From NCBI GenBank assembly GCA_050015375.1, contig JBEKBN010000006.1, positions 454 through 64,453 on the forward strand: a DNA stretch of 64,000 bases, read 5' to 3'. Position 1 is the stretch's first letter, and every line of letters starts with the position of its first letter. Source of the DNA: Minisyncoccia bacterium (lineage in GTDB: Bacteria; Patescibacteriota; Minisyncoccia; 2-02-FULL-40-12; IGHO2-01-FULL-4-A). Shown one piece after another: positions 33,667-42,244 of this stretch. The notes under the pieces were generated by a model. It ran no database searches. It worked only from the letters and a program-made list of their open reading frames with translations, and was not told the DNA's origin. A program made the position numbers and the translations under genes.

Positions 33667-34536
33667 ATGAAAATAATTTTCAGGATTCTTTATTATTTGT
33701 TTTTCACGGCGGTTATTGTCGTTGTTTTGGCGTTGCTGGTGTCATTATTTCCGATTTTCGGGGGATTGAAGTTTTTCATTGTTCGATCGGGCTCGATGGC
33801 ACCGGCGATCAAAACCGGAAGCGTAGTGATGGTCAAACCCGAAGCCGATTACAAAATCGGGGATATAATATCGTTCAGTTTGGATGAAAAAAATGAAATA
33901 CCCACGACTCACCGCATCAAGGAAATAAAAATCAAAAACGGAATTCAGAAATTTATCACTCAAGGCGACGCCAACAACGCGCCGGACATGGTTGAAATTG
34001 AAAAAGAAAATATTATCGGCAAAGTGATTCTGACCGTTCCTTTAGCCGGATATTTGGTTGCAGTCGCTCAAAAACCGAGCGGTTATCTGGCGCTGATATT
34101 GATTCCGGCGTTCGTGATAATCGGCGACGAAATCTCGAAGATCATCAGGGAAACGAGAAAAAAACGTCAAGAGAAAAGCCAATCAAGCAACAAATCAATC
34201 CCATTCTATATTTTTTGTTTGGGTCTGGGACTTGCCGAGCTTTTACTCCCATCAATTCGCGCAAATTCGTTTTTCACGGCGACTGAAACCGGTGGGTTGA
34301 TGATAGTTGCCGGTTCGTGGTCACACGCCAAGACATCGGGCATCGCTATCGTGGCTCAAGAACCGACTTCTGATTCCGAGATTGACGTTCAAATCGCGAG
34401 TGGCGCTTCGGGAATCGAGTCAAATAAGGATGAACTAGCCCCAGAGCCGGCGGCGCCTCCGGCGCCGCCGGCCCCCGAAATCCCGCCGGCCGAAACCACC
34501 GTGGCGAGTCCTTCCGCCGAAATCATTCATGATTAA
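33667..34536 (+). CDS. sipW: signal peptidase I, SipW/archaeal type (S26B), with a Pro/Ala-rich C-terminal extension
   Basis: FIVRSGSMAPAIKTGSVVMV (SGSMxP), catalytic His in PTTHRI, and a second TM. The C-terminus is PEPAAPPAPPAPEIPPAE. Confidence 0.8.
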   Translation: MKIIFRILYYLFFTAVIVVVLALLVSLFPIFGGLKFFIVRSGSMAPAIKTGSVVMVKPEADYKIGDIISFSLDEKNEIPTTHRIKEIKIKNGIQKFITQGDANNAPDMVEIEKENIIGKVILTVPLAGYLVAVAQKPSGYLALILIPAFVIIGDEISKIIRETRKKRQEKSQSSNKSIPFYIFCLGLGLAELLLPSIRANSFFTATETGGLMIVAGSWSHAKTSGIAIVAQEPTSDSEIDVQIASGASGIESNKDELAPEPAAPPAPPAPEIPPAETTVASPSAEIIHD

Positions 34537-35410
34537 AACAAAAGTAAAACCAATTTTGACGGCAATTATTCTGTTTTTCGTTTTTTCGACCATTTTTTTG
34601 TCCGTCGTCAGTGTTCAAGCCGCCGATTTTCAGGTTACCTTCCAAAATCATCCGCTTTTCAAAAACGCCAATTTCATTCCCGGCGATTCGATCACTCGTT
34701 GGATCAAGGTCGTCAACAACAGCGGCCAAAATCAAACCGTCTTGATAAAAAGCGACAATGCCAGCGACCCCAATCACATGGACGGCGCAATGAATCTGAC
34801 CATCAAACAAGGGACCGCCACGCTTTATCAGAATTCTTTCGCTGATTTTTTGAGCGGGGACTTGATCGCTCTTTCTGAACTTGATAGCGGAAAAAGCGCT
34901 CAATATAATCTGACGGTTACATTCGATTTGTCCGCTGATGATCTTTATCAAAACAAGACGCTTGGTTTTAATATTCTTGTCGGTTTTGAACCGACCGGCT
35001 ACGAACAAAGCGATACCGGCACAACTTTTCTAACTGACAATCCCGATAATAAAGTCGAGGTTGTAACAATGACGCCGACGCCTTCGATAATTTCGTCGTC
35101 GCCGACGCCGACTCCGTCGGCGTCGGCGACCCCATCTCCCCGGCTAAAACCCAGCGTGAGTCCAATTTTACTTCGATCATCGCCAGCGCCCGTAATCGTT
35201 CACAATATTTCTTCCGCTACCACGTTATCCGCCAATTCACTTGCAACCCCGAACCTCCCGCCGTCTCTGACGACCGCCAATCCCGTCCGCCAACCCCAAC
35301 TCGCCCTCATTCTCGGCGTTTCCCCGACCCGCTGGCTGATCTATATTTTCATTTCCCTATTTGTCGGTATCGTTTCTTATGTAATTTCAAAAAAGTGGTT
35401 TAAAAATTAA
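34529..35410 (+). CDS. secreted surface protein with a Pro/Thr/Ser linker and a C-terminal TM anchor
   Basis: Signal peptide, a beta-rich domain, a PTPS-rich linker and the C-terminal anchor IYIFISLFVGIVSYVISKKWFKN. The anchor-coding segment is duplicated at 36193-36262. Confidence 0.5.
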   Translation: MIKTKVKPILTAIILFFVFSTIFLSVVSVQAADFQVTFQNHPLFKNANFIPGDSITRWIKVVNNSGQNQTVLIKSDNASDPNHMDGAMNLTIKQGTATLYQNSFADFLSGDLIALSELDSGKSAQYNLTVTFDLSADDLYQNKTLGFNILVGFEPTGYEQSDTGTTFLTDNPDNKVEVVTMTPTPSIISSSPTPTPSASATPSPRLKPSVSPILLRSSPAPVIVHNISSATTLSANSLATPNLPPSLTTANPVRQPQLALILGVSPTRWLIYIFISLFVGIVSYVISKKWFKN

Positions 35411-35411
35411 A
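35343..35411 (+). repeat. direct repeat copy 1 (about 70 bp, C-terminal anchor-coding segment)
   Basis: About 92% identical to 36193-36262. Together they bracket the PEP-CTERM gene cassette. Confidence 0.7.
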
Positions 35412-35517
35412 GATCGGAAACGGCGCGCGGATTTGCTTTATTATTTATCCTATGCTAGAGTGTTCGTAAGCTCATTAAGTTTGGCATCGAACCTTCACAC
35501 GAGGAGAGGAGAAGTTT

Positions 35518-36135
35518 ATGAAAAGAATGACCGTTTTGGGTTTGTTTCTGGTGGTTTTCCTGACCGTGTTTGCCGTATCGGTGAACGCCGAGACATTGGC
35601 ATTTAACGGCTATCCGTGGGGACTGAACGACGGTTCCTTCTATGTTGGAGACGCCGCCGGCACGCTGGGGACGAATAATATTGTAATGTGGTGCGTGGAT
35701 CCACTTCACGAAATCACGTTGAGTCCCTGGGATGTTACTGTCGTGTCTCTGGCAAATCCAATCGGACTAAACGGATTGCCCTTGACTGTGGCCGACTACG
35801 AGGCAATGTTTCTCCTCGGTCAGCAGTTCACGAATACAAACCAAACGATAGATGTGGCGCTACAGCACGAGATCTGGTCGTTCGCTAACCCGTCGGCATA
35901 TCCTCTTACGGTAGCCGAGCAAGGGCAGAAAAACGACGCCATAGCAGCGATCGGCGGTTATAACTTTTTGGGCGCTGACGTTCTTGTTCCCCAGGGAGAT
36001 CCTAGCGGGTGGACAGGGCAGGTTTTCGAGACCGGCACCGCGACTATGGTCCCTGAGCCCGCGTTCATCTTACTGTTAGGCCTGGGCCTAATGGGTGTCG
36101 TTCTGGCGGCCGGAGGAAGAAAACAGAAAAACTAA
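35518..36135 (+). CDS. secreted protein with a C-terminal PEP-CTERM sorting signal
   Basis: SD GAGGAGAGGAG. Signal peptide. The C-terminus VPEPAFILLLGLGLMGVVLAAGGRKQKN is a canonical PEP motif plus TM plus basic tail. No exosortase gene is in the window. Confidence 0.65.
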   Translation: MKRMTVLGLFLVVFLTVFAVSVNAETLAFNGYPWGLNDGSFYVGDAAGTLGTNNIVMWCVDPLHEITLSPWDVTVVSLANPIGLNGLPLTVADYEAMFLLGQQFTNTNQTIDVALQHEIWSFANPSAYPLTVAEQGQKNDAIAAIGGYNFLGADVLVPQGDPSGWTGQVFETGTATMVPEPAFILLLGLGLMGVVLAAGGRKQKN

Positions 36136-36192
36136 CCACCTTTTCGTATACGGTGGCCATTCCTTGAAGGAACGGCCACCGATTTTTTTTAT

Positions 36193-36262
36193 TATATTTT
36201 TAATTTCCCTGTTTGTCGGTATCGTTTCTTATATAATTTCAAAAAAGTGGTTTAAGGATTAA
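36193..36262 (+). repeat. direct repeat copy 2 (orphan anchor-coding remnant, LFLISLFVGIVSYIISKKWFKD*)
   Basis: Noncoding copy of the 35343-35411 segment that still reads as an in-frame anchor peptide. Confidence 0.7.
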
Positions 36263-36412
36263 ATTGTCAGCAGTGGATAACCTATTGCATTGTTTCGGTA
36301 TCTGATATATAAGGTAGATAGTCACGTTTTTTTCAACTTTCTTAAATCGTCTCACCGGATGGCGCCGACTCCGAACTCTTGTTAGCCGCCAGCACTGCCC
36401 GATGGACCTGTT

Positions 36413-39400
36413 TTGTTTATGAAAATAAACAAACTTGGGGGGGGGCTTAAGTGGTCGATTTTCGCAACTCTTTTAGCAACCGCTCTAGTAGGCGGATTTT
36501 TTGTACACAATGCCAAGGCGACTGTTAGCACCTGTTCTGATATCACCCTTGGTGTGACTCAAATCACTGCTATCCAAACCTATGCCACCGCTGACAATAC
36601 TTTTGCCGACGGCTGGAAATGGGTTTTCAATGTTACCGTTCCGACTTGCCAAACACTTCTTCAAATGAGATTCGGTGACTGGGTTGGAACCGCTGGCACC
36701 ATTCCAGCCGCGACAAATATTCAATTTTATTCTAATCAATCTACAAATGCAGCCGATGAGGCGCACGCAATAATTATCAGTGCCGCTAATACATATAGTG
36801 GTTTGATGATCCTTTCTGGTGCTGATCTTGATGGGTCAACACCCGGCACCCAGATCCAAATAACAGTTGAAGCGAGAGTTCCAATTGATTCAGCTGGTGG
36901 TTCTTACTCGACAAGTTATGGCATACAATCGAATCCTGCACCGACCGTTCTATTCGTTCTCCCTATCGGTAACATCAATGTTGCTAATGGCACCGCTCTT
37001 GATGCTGTAGGTTTGCCGGCTAATGCTACCGTAGGTTTGAGCAACGGAAACACTCAATTAATGGCAGTCGTTTGGGATGGTGGTACGCCAACTTATGACG
37101 GCACAACAGCTGGCACCTATGCTTTTACAGGTGCATTGACTTTACCTGCTGGTGTTACTAATCCGGACGGCAAAACAGCCAACGTAAACGTAATTGTGGA
37201 ACCAATACCTACCCACACCATTACCTCCTCTGTTGTAGGCGCATCTGTCTTTGGTCCGAAACACGGCACGATTTCTCCTCTCGGTGCAACGACCGTGAAT
37301 GATGGCGACAGCCAGACCTACACGATTACGCCCGATACCGGCTACCAGATTCTTGAGCTTAAAGTGGACGGTGTTTCCACAACGCCGGCCGACAGTTATA
37401 CTTTCACCAATGTCACAACTGACCATACCATTGCCGTGAGCTTTGCCCCGATTACTTATACCTTAACCTATTCCGCCGGAGCCCATGGTTCCATTGTTGG
37501 AACTTCGCCCCAGGCAGTAAATTACGGCGCTGATGGAACAGCCGTGACTGCGACGCCAGCCGAGGGTTATCATTTCGTAGGTTGGAGCGATCAGTCAACA
37601 ACTAATCCGAGAACCGACAACGATGTAACCGGCAATATTGATGTCACTGCCAGTTTTGCAGTTAACCAATATACAATTACTTTTGGTTCAAATGGTGGCT
37701 CAGCCGTAGCTTCCATAACTCAGGATTATGGCTCACCGGTTACTCCACCAGACGATCCAACTCGAGCAGGTTATACCTTCGCCGGTTGGGTTCCAACAGT
37801 TCCGGCAACGATGCCATTAGGCGGAGCGAGTTTAGTTGCCCAGTGGACTGCTGTTGTTGCACCAATCACCCACACTCAAAAGGATCTGACGACTTGGGTT
37901 CCGATTCAGGGTGGAATAACTGCCGATGTAACAATTTCAACAGTAAATAATAAATTCCACGCAGACGGAGTTCCAACTGGATATACTTTGGTGTATTACC
38001 CTAATGTTGGAACTTATGATACCTACACTGGAGAAGTTTATCCTGTAGAGGGCACTAATATGGATCTTCCAATGTCAGATGATTTGAATCGCGGTAAAGA
38101 AGATTACTGCAATAATGGATTTAATCCACACGCAATTCACTGTGATGGCGCTAAGTTGTGGCTTGTTCCAACCGAAGACATATCAACAACAATTAATTCT
38201 GATGGAAGCCAGACATTGGTTGGAGATTGGAATACGATCGCTCCGAATATTTTGTTCGAGACAAATCTGATAACTTATCAAGCAACTCCGATCACTCACA
38301 CCCAAAAGGATCTGAACACCTGGGCTCCACTTCCAAATGGAATAACTGCCGATGTTACATATGACCTGACCGGAGATACTTTCCAAGCGACCGGAGTTCC
38401 ACCTGGATATACTTTGGTGTATTATCCTAAACCCGCAACTTGGACCGGATTGGTCTATTCCGTCATTGGTAATAGCATGACCCTTCCAATGCCAGGTGAT
38501 TTGAATGGTAGTCCATCATCAGATTACTGTACCGTTAGAAATAGTGAGGGGAATTTGGAAAATCCGCATGAAATAATTTGCCAAGGAGCCGCGTTGTGGC
38601 TTGTTCCAACGGGTGAATTAACAGATAACCACGATGGGACTTATACAATTAATTGGGGCACTGCTTCTGATATTTTGTTCGAGACAGACCTGATAAATTA
38701 CACAGCTCCGACTTCTACCCCAAGCGCTAATCTTATTCTCACCGCTCCAGATGCCACAACTATTAATCAATCTGCTTTAGTTCCTGAAACGAGCAACGGA
38801 ATACCCACTGGCGGAAACTCAACAGTTGATACTGCCATCAATGGCCTTAGCCCGATTGCGGTGAGGTTGCAGAATACCGGCGATGCCGCTTCTGCTAATG
38901 TTCGCATCAGCCCGATTGGCGACGCTTCTGGGCACATTCAGTTATGGGCAAAAGATACTTTAGGTAATTGGTATGACATCAATGTTACTGGCTGGGGGCC
39001 AGCCGAAGGTTTTCCAGTGCCAGCCCCATACGATGCCACTACTAATGTCTATGCGATTTCCGACGAAGTAGGATCTTATGACATGATAGCTAATTTGATT
39101 TTGGTAAGTAATTCATCACTCGTTGCGCACACAAAGGGAATAATTACCGTTGCCCCTGCCCCGACCCTTTTGTTTGATACCGGCATCACTGATGGTTCCA
39201 CTATCTTACCGGGTACACTTGCAACTCAGTTCACGATTACAACTACGGGTGTCCCGGGTACGATGCACACGCTTGGGTTAACGGGCACCACAGCAACTCC
39301 AGCTCTTGCAGATGGCAATTATGACTTTAAGCTTGTGGCAACCTCAGACGTGCAAGCCGCTTTGACTTCTTATTTTGGAGCTAAGGCAGGATGGACTTCG

Positions 39401-40051
39401 GATATGCAAATGCAAACTCAAATCAATTCTGAAATTGCTGGCAGCTCGCCATTCTTCAAACTAAACGCTGCCAGCGGCGCCTATTCCTTAGTGGATAATT
39501 TCAAACAAACACTTGGCTTGCCAGATACATCCCTGACTATTGATGATGATTATCCAACCGGCACATACGTCTATACCGGCACACTTACTGGAACAAACAG
39601 CGCGACCCTGCCGGTTACTGTAACATTGGTAGTTGAAGGACCAACTCCGCCACCAACTCCTTCTGTAACACAATTGAAAATTATTACTAATCCGCAAACT
39701 ATTCTGGTAGATACCGCTTCAGGTGTGATTAGAGTGGAATCAGAGGACGCGTTAGGGAATCCATTAAAAGTTTCAGTTGCGACAGAAGTAGATTTCACCT
39801 CCAGTCCTGGAACAGGTTTGTTTTCTTCGGCAAATTATGAAAGTAAAACGTGTAATGACGATTGGTTAAGCACGCAAAGTTTAACCATAGAGAAAGGAAC
39901 TGCACATATAAGTTTCTGTTACAAAGACAACGTGGCGGGAACGCCGACACTAACAGCTTCTTCTGATGACTTGACTCCTGGTACTCAAGTAATTACAATA
40001 ACCTCAACTGATACCAGCTCAACTGACACTAGCGACACCACGCAACAATAA
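36413..40051 (+). CDS. giant repeat-rich cell-surface protein (Listeria-Bacteroides/flg_new-type repeats, Ig-like domains)
   Basis: 1212 aa with a signal peptide, repeated modules (ITHTQKDL...GVPTGYTLVYYP twice) and GYTFAGW-type repeats. A G9 tract sits in the signal-peptide coding region. Confidence 0.75.
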   Translation: MFMKINKLGGGLKWSIFATLLATALVGGFFVHNAKATVSTCSDITLGVTQITAIQTYATADNTFADGWKWVFNVTVPTCQTLLQMRFGDWVGTAGTIPAATNIQFYSNQSTNAADEAHAIIISAANTYSGLMILSGADLDGSTPGTQIQITVEARVPIDSAGGSYSTSYGIQSNPAPTVLFVLPIGNINVANGTALDAVGLPANATVGLSNGNTQLMAVVWDGGTPTYDGTTAGTYAFTGALTLPAGVTNPDGKTANVNVIVEPIPTHTITSSVVGASVFGPKHGTISPLGATTVNDGDSQTYTITPDTGYQILELKVDGVSTTPADSYTFTNVTTDHTIAVSFAPITYTLTYSAGAHGSIVGTSPQAVNYGADGTAVTATPAEGYHFVGWSDQSTTNPRTDNDVTGNIDVTASFAVNQYTITFGSNGGSAVASITQDYGSPVTPPDDPTRAGYTFAGWVPTVPATMPLGGASLVAQWTAVVAPITHTQKDLTTWVPIQGGITADVTISTVNNKFHADGVPTGYTLVYYPNVGTYDTYTGEVYPVEGTNMDLPMSDDLNRGKEDYCNNGFNPHAIHCDGAKLWLVPTEDISTTINSDGSQTLVGDWNTIAPNILFETNLITYQATPITHTQKDLNTWAPLPNGITADVTYDLTGDTFQATGVPPGYTLVYYPKPATWTGLVYSVIGNSMTLPMPGDLNGSPSSDYCTVRNSEGNLENPHEIICQGAALWLVPTGELTDNHDGTYTINWGTASDILFETDLINYTAPTSTPSANLILTAPDATTINQSALVPETSNGIPTGGNSTVDTAINGLSPIAVRLQNTGDAASANVRISPIGDASGHIQLWAKDTLGNWYDINVTGWGPAEGFPVPAPYDATTNVYAISDEVGSYDMIANLILVSNSSLVAHTKGIITVAPAPTLLFDTGITDGSTILPGTLATQFTITTTGVPGTMHTLGLTGTTATPALADGNYDFKLVATSDVQAALTSYFGAKAGWTSDMQMQTQINSEIAGSSPFFKLNAASGAYSLVDNFKQTLGLPDTSLTIDDDYPTGTYVYTGTLTGTNSATLPVTVTLVVEGPTPPPTPSVTQLKIITNPQTILVDTASGVIRVESEDALGNPLKVSVATEVDFTSSPGTGLFSSANYESKTCNDDWLSTQSLTIEKGTAHISFCYKDNVAGTPTLTASSDDLTPGTQVITITSTDTSSTDTSDTTQQ
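36437..36445 (+). repeat. homopolymeric G9 tract within codons 9-11 of the giant surface protein gene
   Basis: AAACTTGGGGGGGGGCTTAAG. The only G/C homopolymer of 8 nt or more that I found in the window. Confidence 0.8.
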
Positions 40052-40065
40052 ACAACTAAAACCCT

Positions 40066-40749
40066 ATGAAAAAAAATATATTGATAATTTTAGTGTATGG
40101 ATTGCTGGCGGTGTCGCTGTTTGTGTTTGGTAATCGGGTGTTTGCGGACCAAGTCACCGGAACTCTGACAACAGGAATTAGCGGCAATAACGGCCAAACA
40201 ATGAATGGCGTGGTCATTGCTCCGCCGATACCTAGCCCATTGCCCGGAACCTATCCCTTAACACAGGATAACGTGGCCCTAAAAGTTGGTTTGTCTTCCG
40301 CCGGTTCGATGAGTATTCGCTATGCTACAGATGGGTCTGTACTGACATGCGCTAACGGGAATCTATACAATGCTAATGCTCTGATTCCGGTGAGTGTCAC
40401 AACGACAATTGAGGCAATCTCGTGTTATCCAAATGGAATTTCATCTGCGGTCGCTGGTTTCACTTATACAATTAATCCGGCGACTCCGACTCCAACGCCT
40501 ACCACATCTACTGGTGGCGGCGGGGGAGGCGGGGGCTCATATTATTCCTTTACCCCGACCCCAACTCCGAGTCCAGGTGTGGCCATAGTGGGCGATATAA
40601 ACGGTAATGGTAAGGTGGATATTAGTGACTTCGATATGTTGATGAACAATTGGGGGAAAACCGGAACTGGAATCCAAGGCGATTTGGACCACAACGGCGT
40701 TGTTGATATATTGGATTTTAATTTATTGATGGCTAACTGGAGTAAATAA
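40066..40749 (+). CDS. dockerin-domain secreted protein
   Basis: C-terminus GDINGNGKVDISDFDMLMNNWGK...GDLDHNGVVDILDFNLLMANWSK is two canonical dockerin type I Ca-binding repeats. Also carries a signal peptide and a Gly8 linker. Confidence 0.7.
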   Translation: MKKNILIILVYGLLAVSLFVFGNRVFADQVTGTLTTGISGNNGQTMNGVVIAPPIPSPLPGTYPLTQDNVALKVGLSSAGSMSIRYATDGSVLTCANGNLYNANALIPVSVTTTIEAISCYPNGISSAVAGFTYTINPATPTPTPTTSTGGGGGGGGSYYSFTPTPTPSPGVAIVGDINGNGKVDISDFDMLMNNWGKTGTGIQGDLDHNGVVDILDFNLLMANWSK

Positions 40750-40768
40750 TTACGACAAAATCACAAAC

Positions 40769-41518
40769 ATGAAAAAAATATTGTTCAGTTCAATACTGGT
40801 CACTGGATTCGCGGTTTTTTTTGTCGGAAATGCTCTGGCCGATTCATCAATATCGTTGTCGCCGGTTAGTATTTCTCCGAAAGCGGGAAGCACGGTCAAT
40901 GTTACCGTGACGGTCAATCCAAATAGCGTCAGTAATTCAACCGTAAAGCTTGTACTTAATTATCCCGCCGATCTTCTGCAAGCAACAGGATTCACTTTTG
41001 CCGGTAACTGGATGCCGTTGACTCAAACCGGTTACGATTCCATCGATAACACAGGAGGTACCCTGATTAAAACTGGCGGTTATCCGGGCGGATTCTCGAC
41101 AACCACGACCCTTGGCACGGTAACATTCAAAGCGAAGAGAACCGGCACCGGCGCAATCAGTATCGGAAGCGGTTCAATGGTTCTGGATTTAAGCAGTAAA
41201 AATGTTTTGACCGATATTTCTTCAACTGTGACAATTTCAATTCCGACTTTAACAGCGCCGACTCCGAAACCGTCAACAATTGTAGGCAATATTCCGGCAG
41301 TTTCGCCGGTAACTGGCGTCACTGAATCGGCGACGCCGAGCCCCATTGTCGCCGCCAATGCATTGCCAGCCAATGGCCAGCAATACGGCACTATCGCCAC
41401 GGCCCTCGGAATTCATAACGGCACGTGGTGGATTTGGCTAGTAGTTCTCTTGGTCATCATCTATCTCATCTATCGGATATTCAGGAAAAGATCCGGCCCG
41501 AGCCAGCCGACTCAATAA
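40769..41518 (+). CDS. cohesin-like domain protein with a C-terminal TM anchor
   Basis: Signal peptide and a beta-sandwich region (VKLVLNYPADLLQATGFTFAGNW...GTVTFKAKRTGTGAISIG) resembling cohesin. C-terminal anchor WWIWLVVLLVIIYLIYRIFRKR. Confidence 0.5.
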   Translation: MKKILFSSILVTGFAVFFVGNALADSSISLSPVSISPKAGSTVNVTVTVNPNSVSNSTVKLVLNYPADLLQATGFTFAGNWMPLTQTGYDSIDNTGGTLIKTGGYPGGFSTTTTLGTVTFKAKRTGTGAISIGSGSMVLDLSSKNVLTDISSTVTISIPTLTAPTPKPSTIVGNIPAVSPVTGVTESATPSPIVAANALPANGQQYGTIATALGIHNGTWWIWLVVLLVIIYLIYRIFRKRSGPSQPTQ

Positions 41519-41569
41519 GTTTCGGAGACAGTAAGCAACTCGCCTGCCCGAAGGGGTAGGAGGTGGATA

Positions 41570-41597
41570 TTGACAACAAAAACCAGCTTGATATAAT
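41570..41597 (+). promoter_or_regulatory. strong sigma-70 promoter (TTGACA-16 nt-TGaTATAAT) upstream of the panA-like gene
   Basis: Consensus -35 and an extended -10, about 110 nt upstream of 41707. Confidence 0.6.
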
Positions 41598-41706
41598 GGA
41601 GGTACTAAACGTGAAAAGCATCCTAGATGGGTGCTTTTCGGTCTATGGTGCATAACTTCATAGAGTTTGCCTGTTAAAACTGTCATAATTAATATAAAAA
41701 GAACTT

Positions 41707-42243
41707 ATGAAAATACCGCTACCAAAACTCAAGGCGATTATTAGGTATTTTGGTACCCATACTGATCCCAAATTTCTCGGCAAGGTTAAATTAATGAAAC
41801 TTTTCTACTTTCTTGATTTCATGCATGTCAAAAAATTTGGTGCACCCATAACATATGACTGTTATATCAACTTAGAACATGGTCCAATACCGTCAGCTAT
41901 TAAAAATCTAGTTGACTCGGCCGCAGATGATATTGATAATTCCGTCCTCGCTGACGCAATCAGGATTGAAAGACCGCAAAGTACCGATATGTACAGAGTG
42001 GTGCCTCTTAGGGAATTCAATAAAGCTGATGAAAATTATTTCTCTGAAACCGAGCTCGAAACATTAAAAAAAGTATGCGCAAGGTTTAGCGACAAAAATA
42101 CGAAATTCATTGAAGATGAATCTCACAAAGAAGCTCCGTGGAAAGAAACCAAGTTTTTGGATGTAATACCCTACGAACTCGCCACTAAGGACAAAGATTG
42201 TTTAATATCCGAAGAAGAAATAAAACTACTTCTTTCTATCTGA
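41707..42243 (+). CDS. Panacea-domain (DUF4065, SocA/PanA-like) antitoxin
   Basis: KVKLMKLFYFLDFMHVKKFGAPITYDCYINLEHGPIPS and ESHKEAPWKETKFLDVIPYELA match the DUF4065/Panacea consensus (KLQKLLYF..., SHxExPW). Confidence 0.75.
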   Translation: MKIPLPKLKAIIRYFGTHTDPKFLGKVKLMKLFYFLDFMHVKKFGAPITYDCYINLEHGPIPSAIKNLVDSAADDIDNSVLADAIRIERPQSTDMYRVVPLREFNKADENYFSETELETLKKVCARFSDKNTKFIEDESHKEAPWKETKFLDVIPYELATKDKDCLISEEEIKLLLSI

Positions 42244-42244
42244 A

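Noticed and set aside
37861-38310. Repeated CACCCACACTCAAAAGGATCTGA segments in the giant surface protein gene, which resemble the CCCCCACACTCA element
   Set aside because: They lack the inverted partner arm and correspond to a protein-level domain duplication (ITHTQKDL...GVPTGYTLVYYP). They are not the palindromic element.
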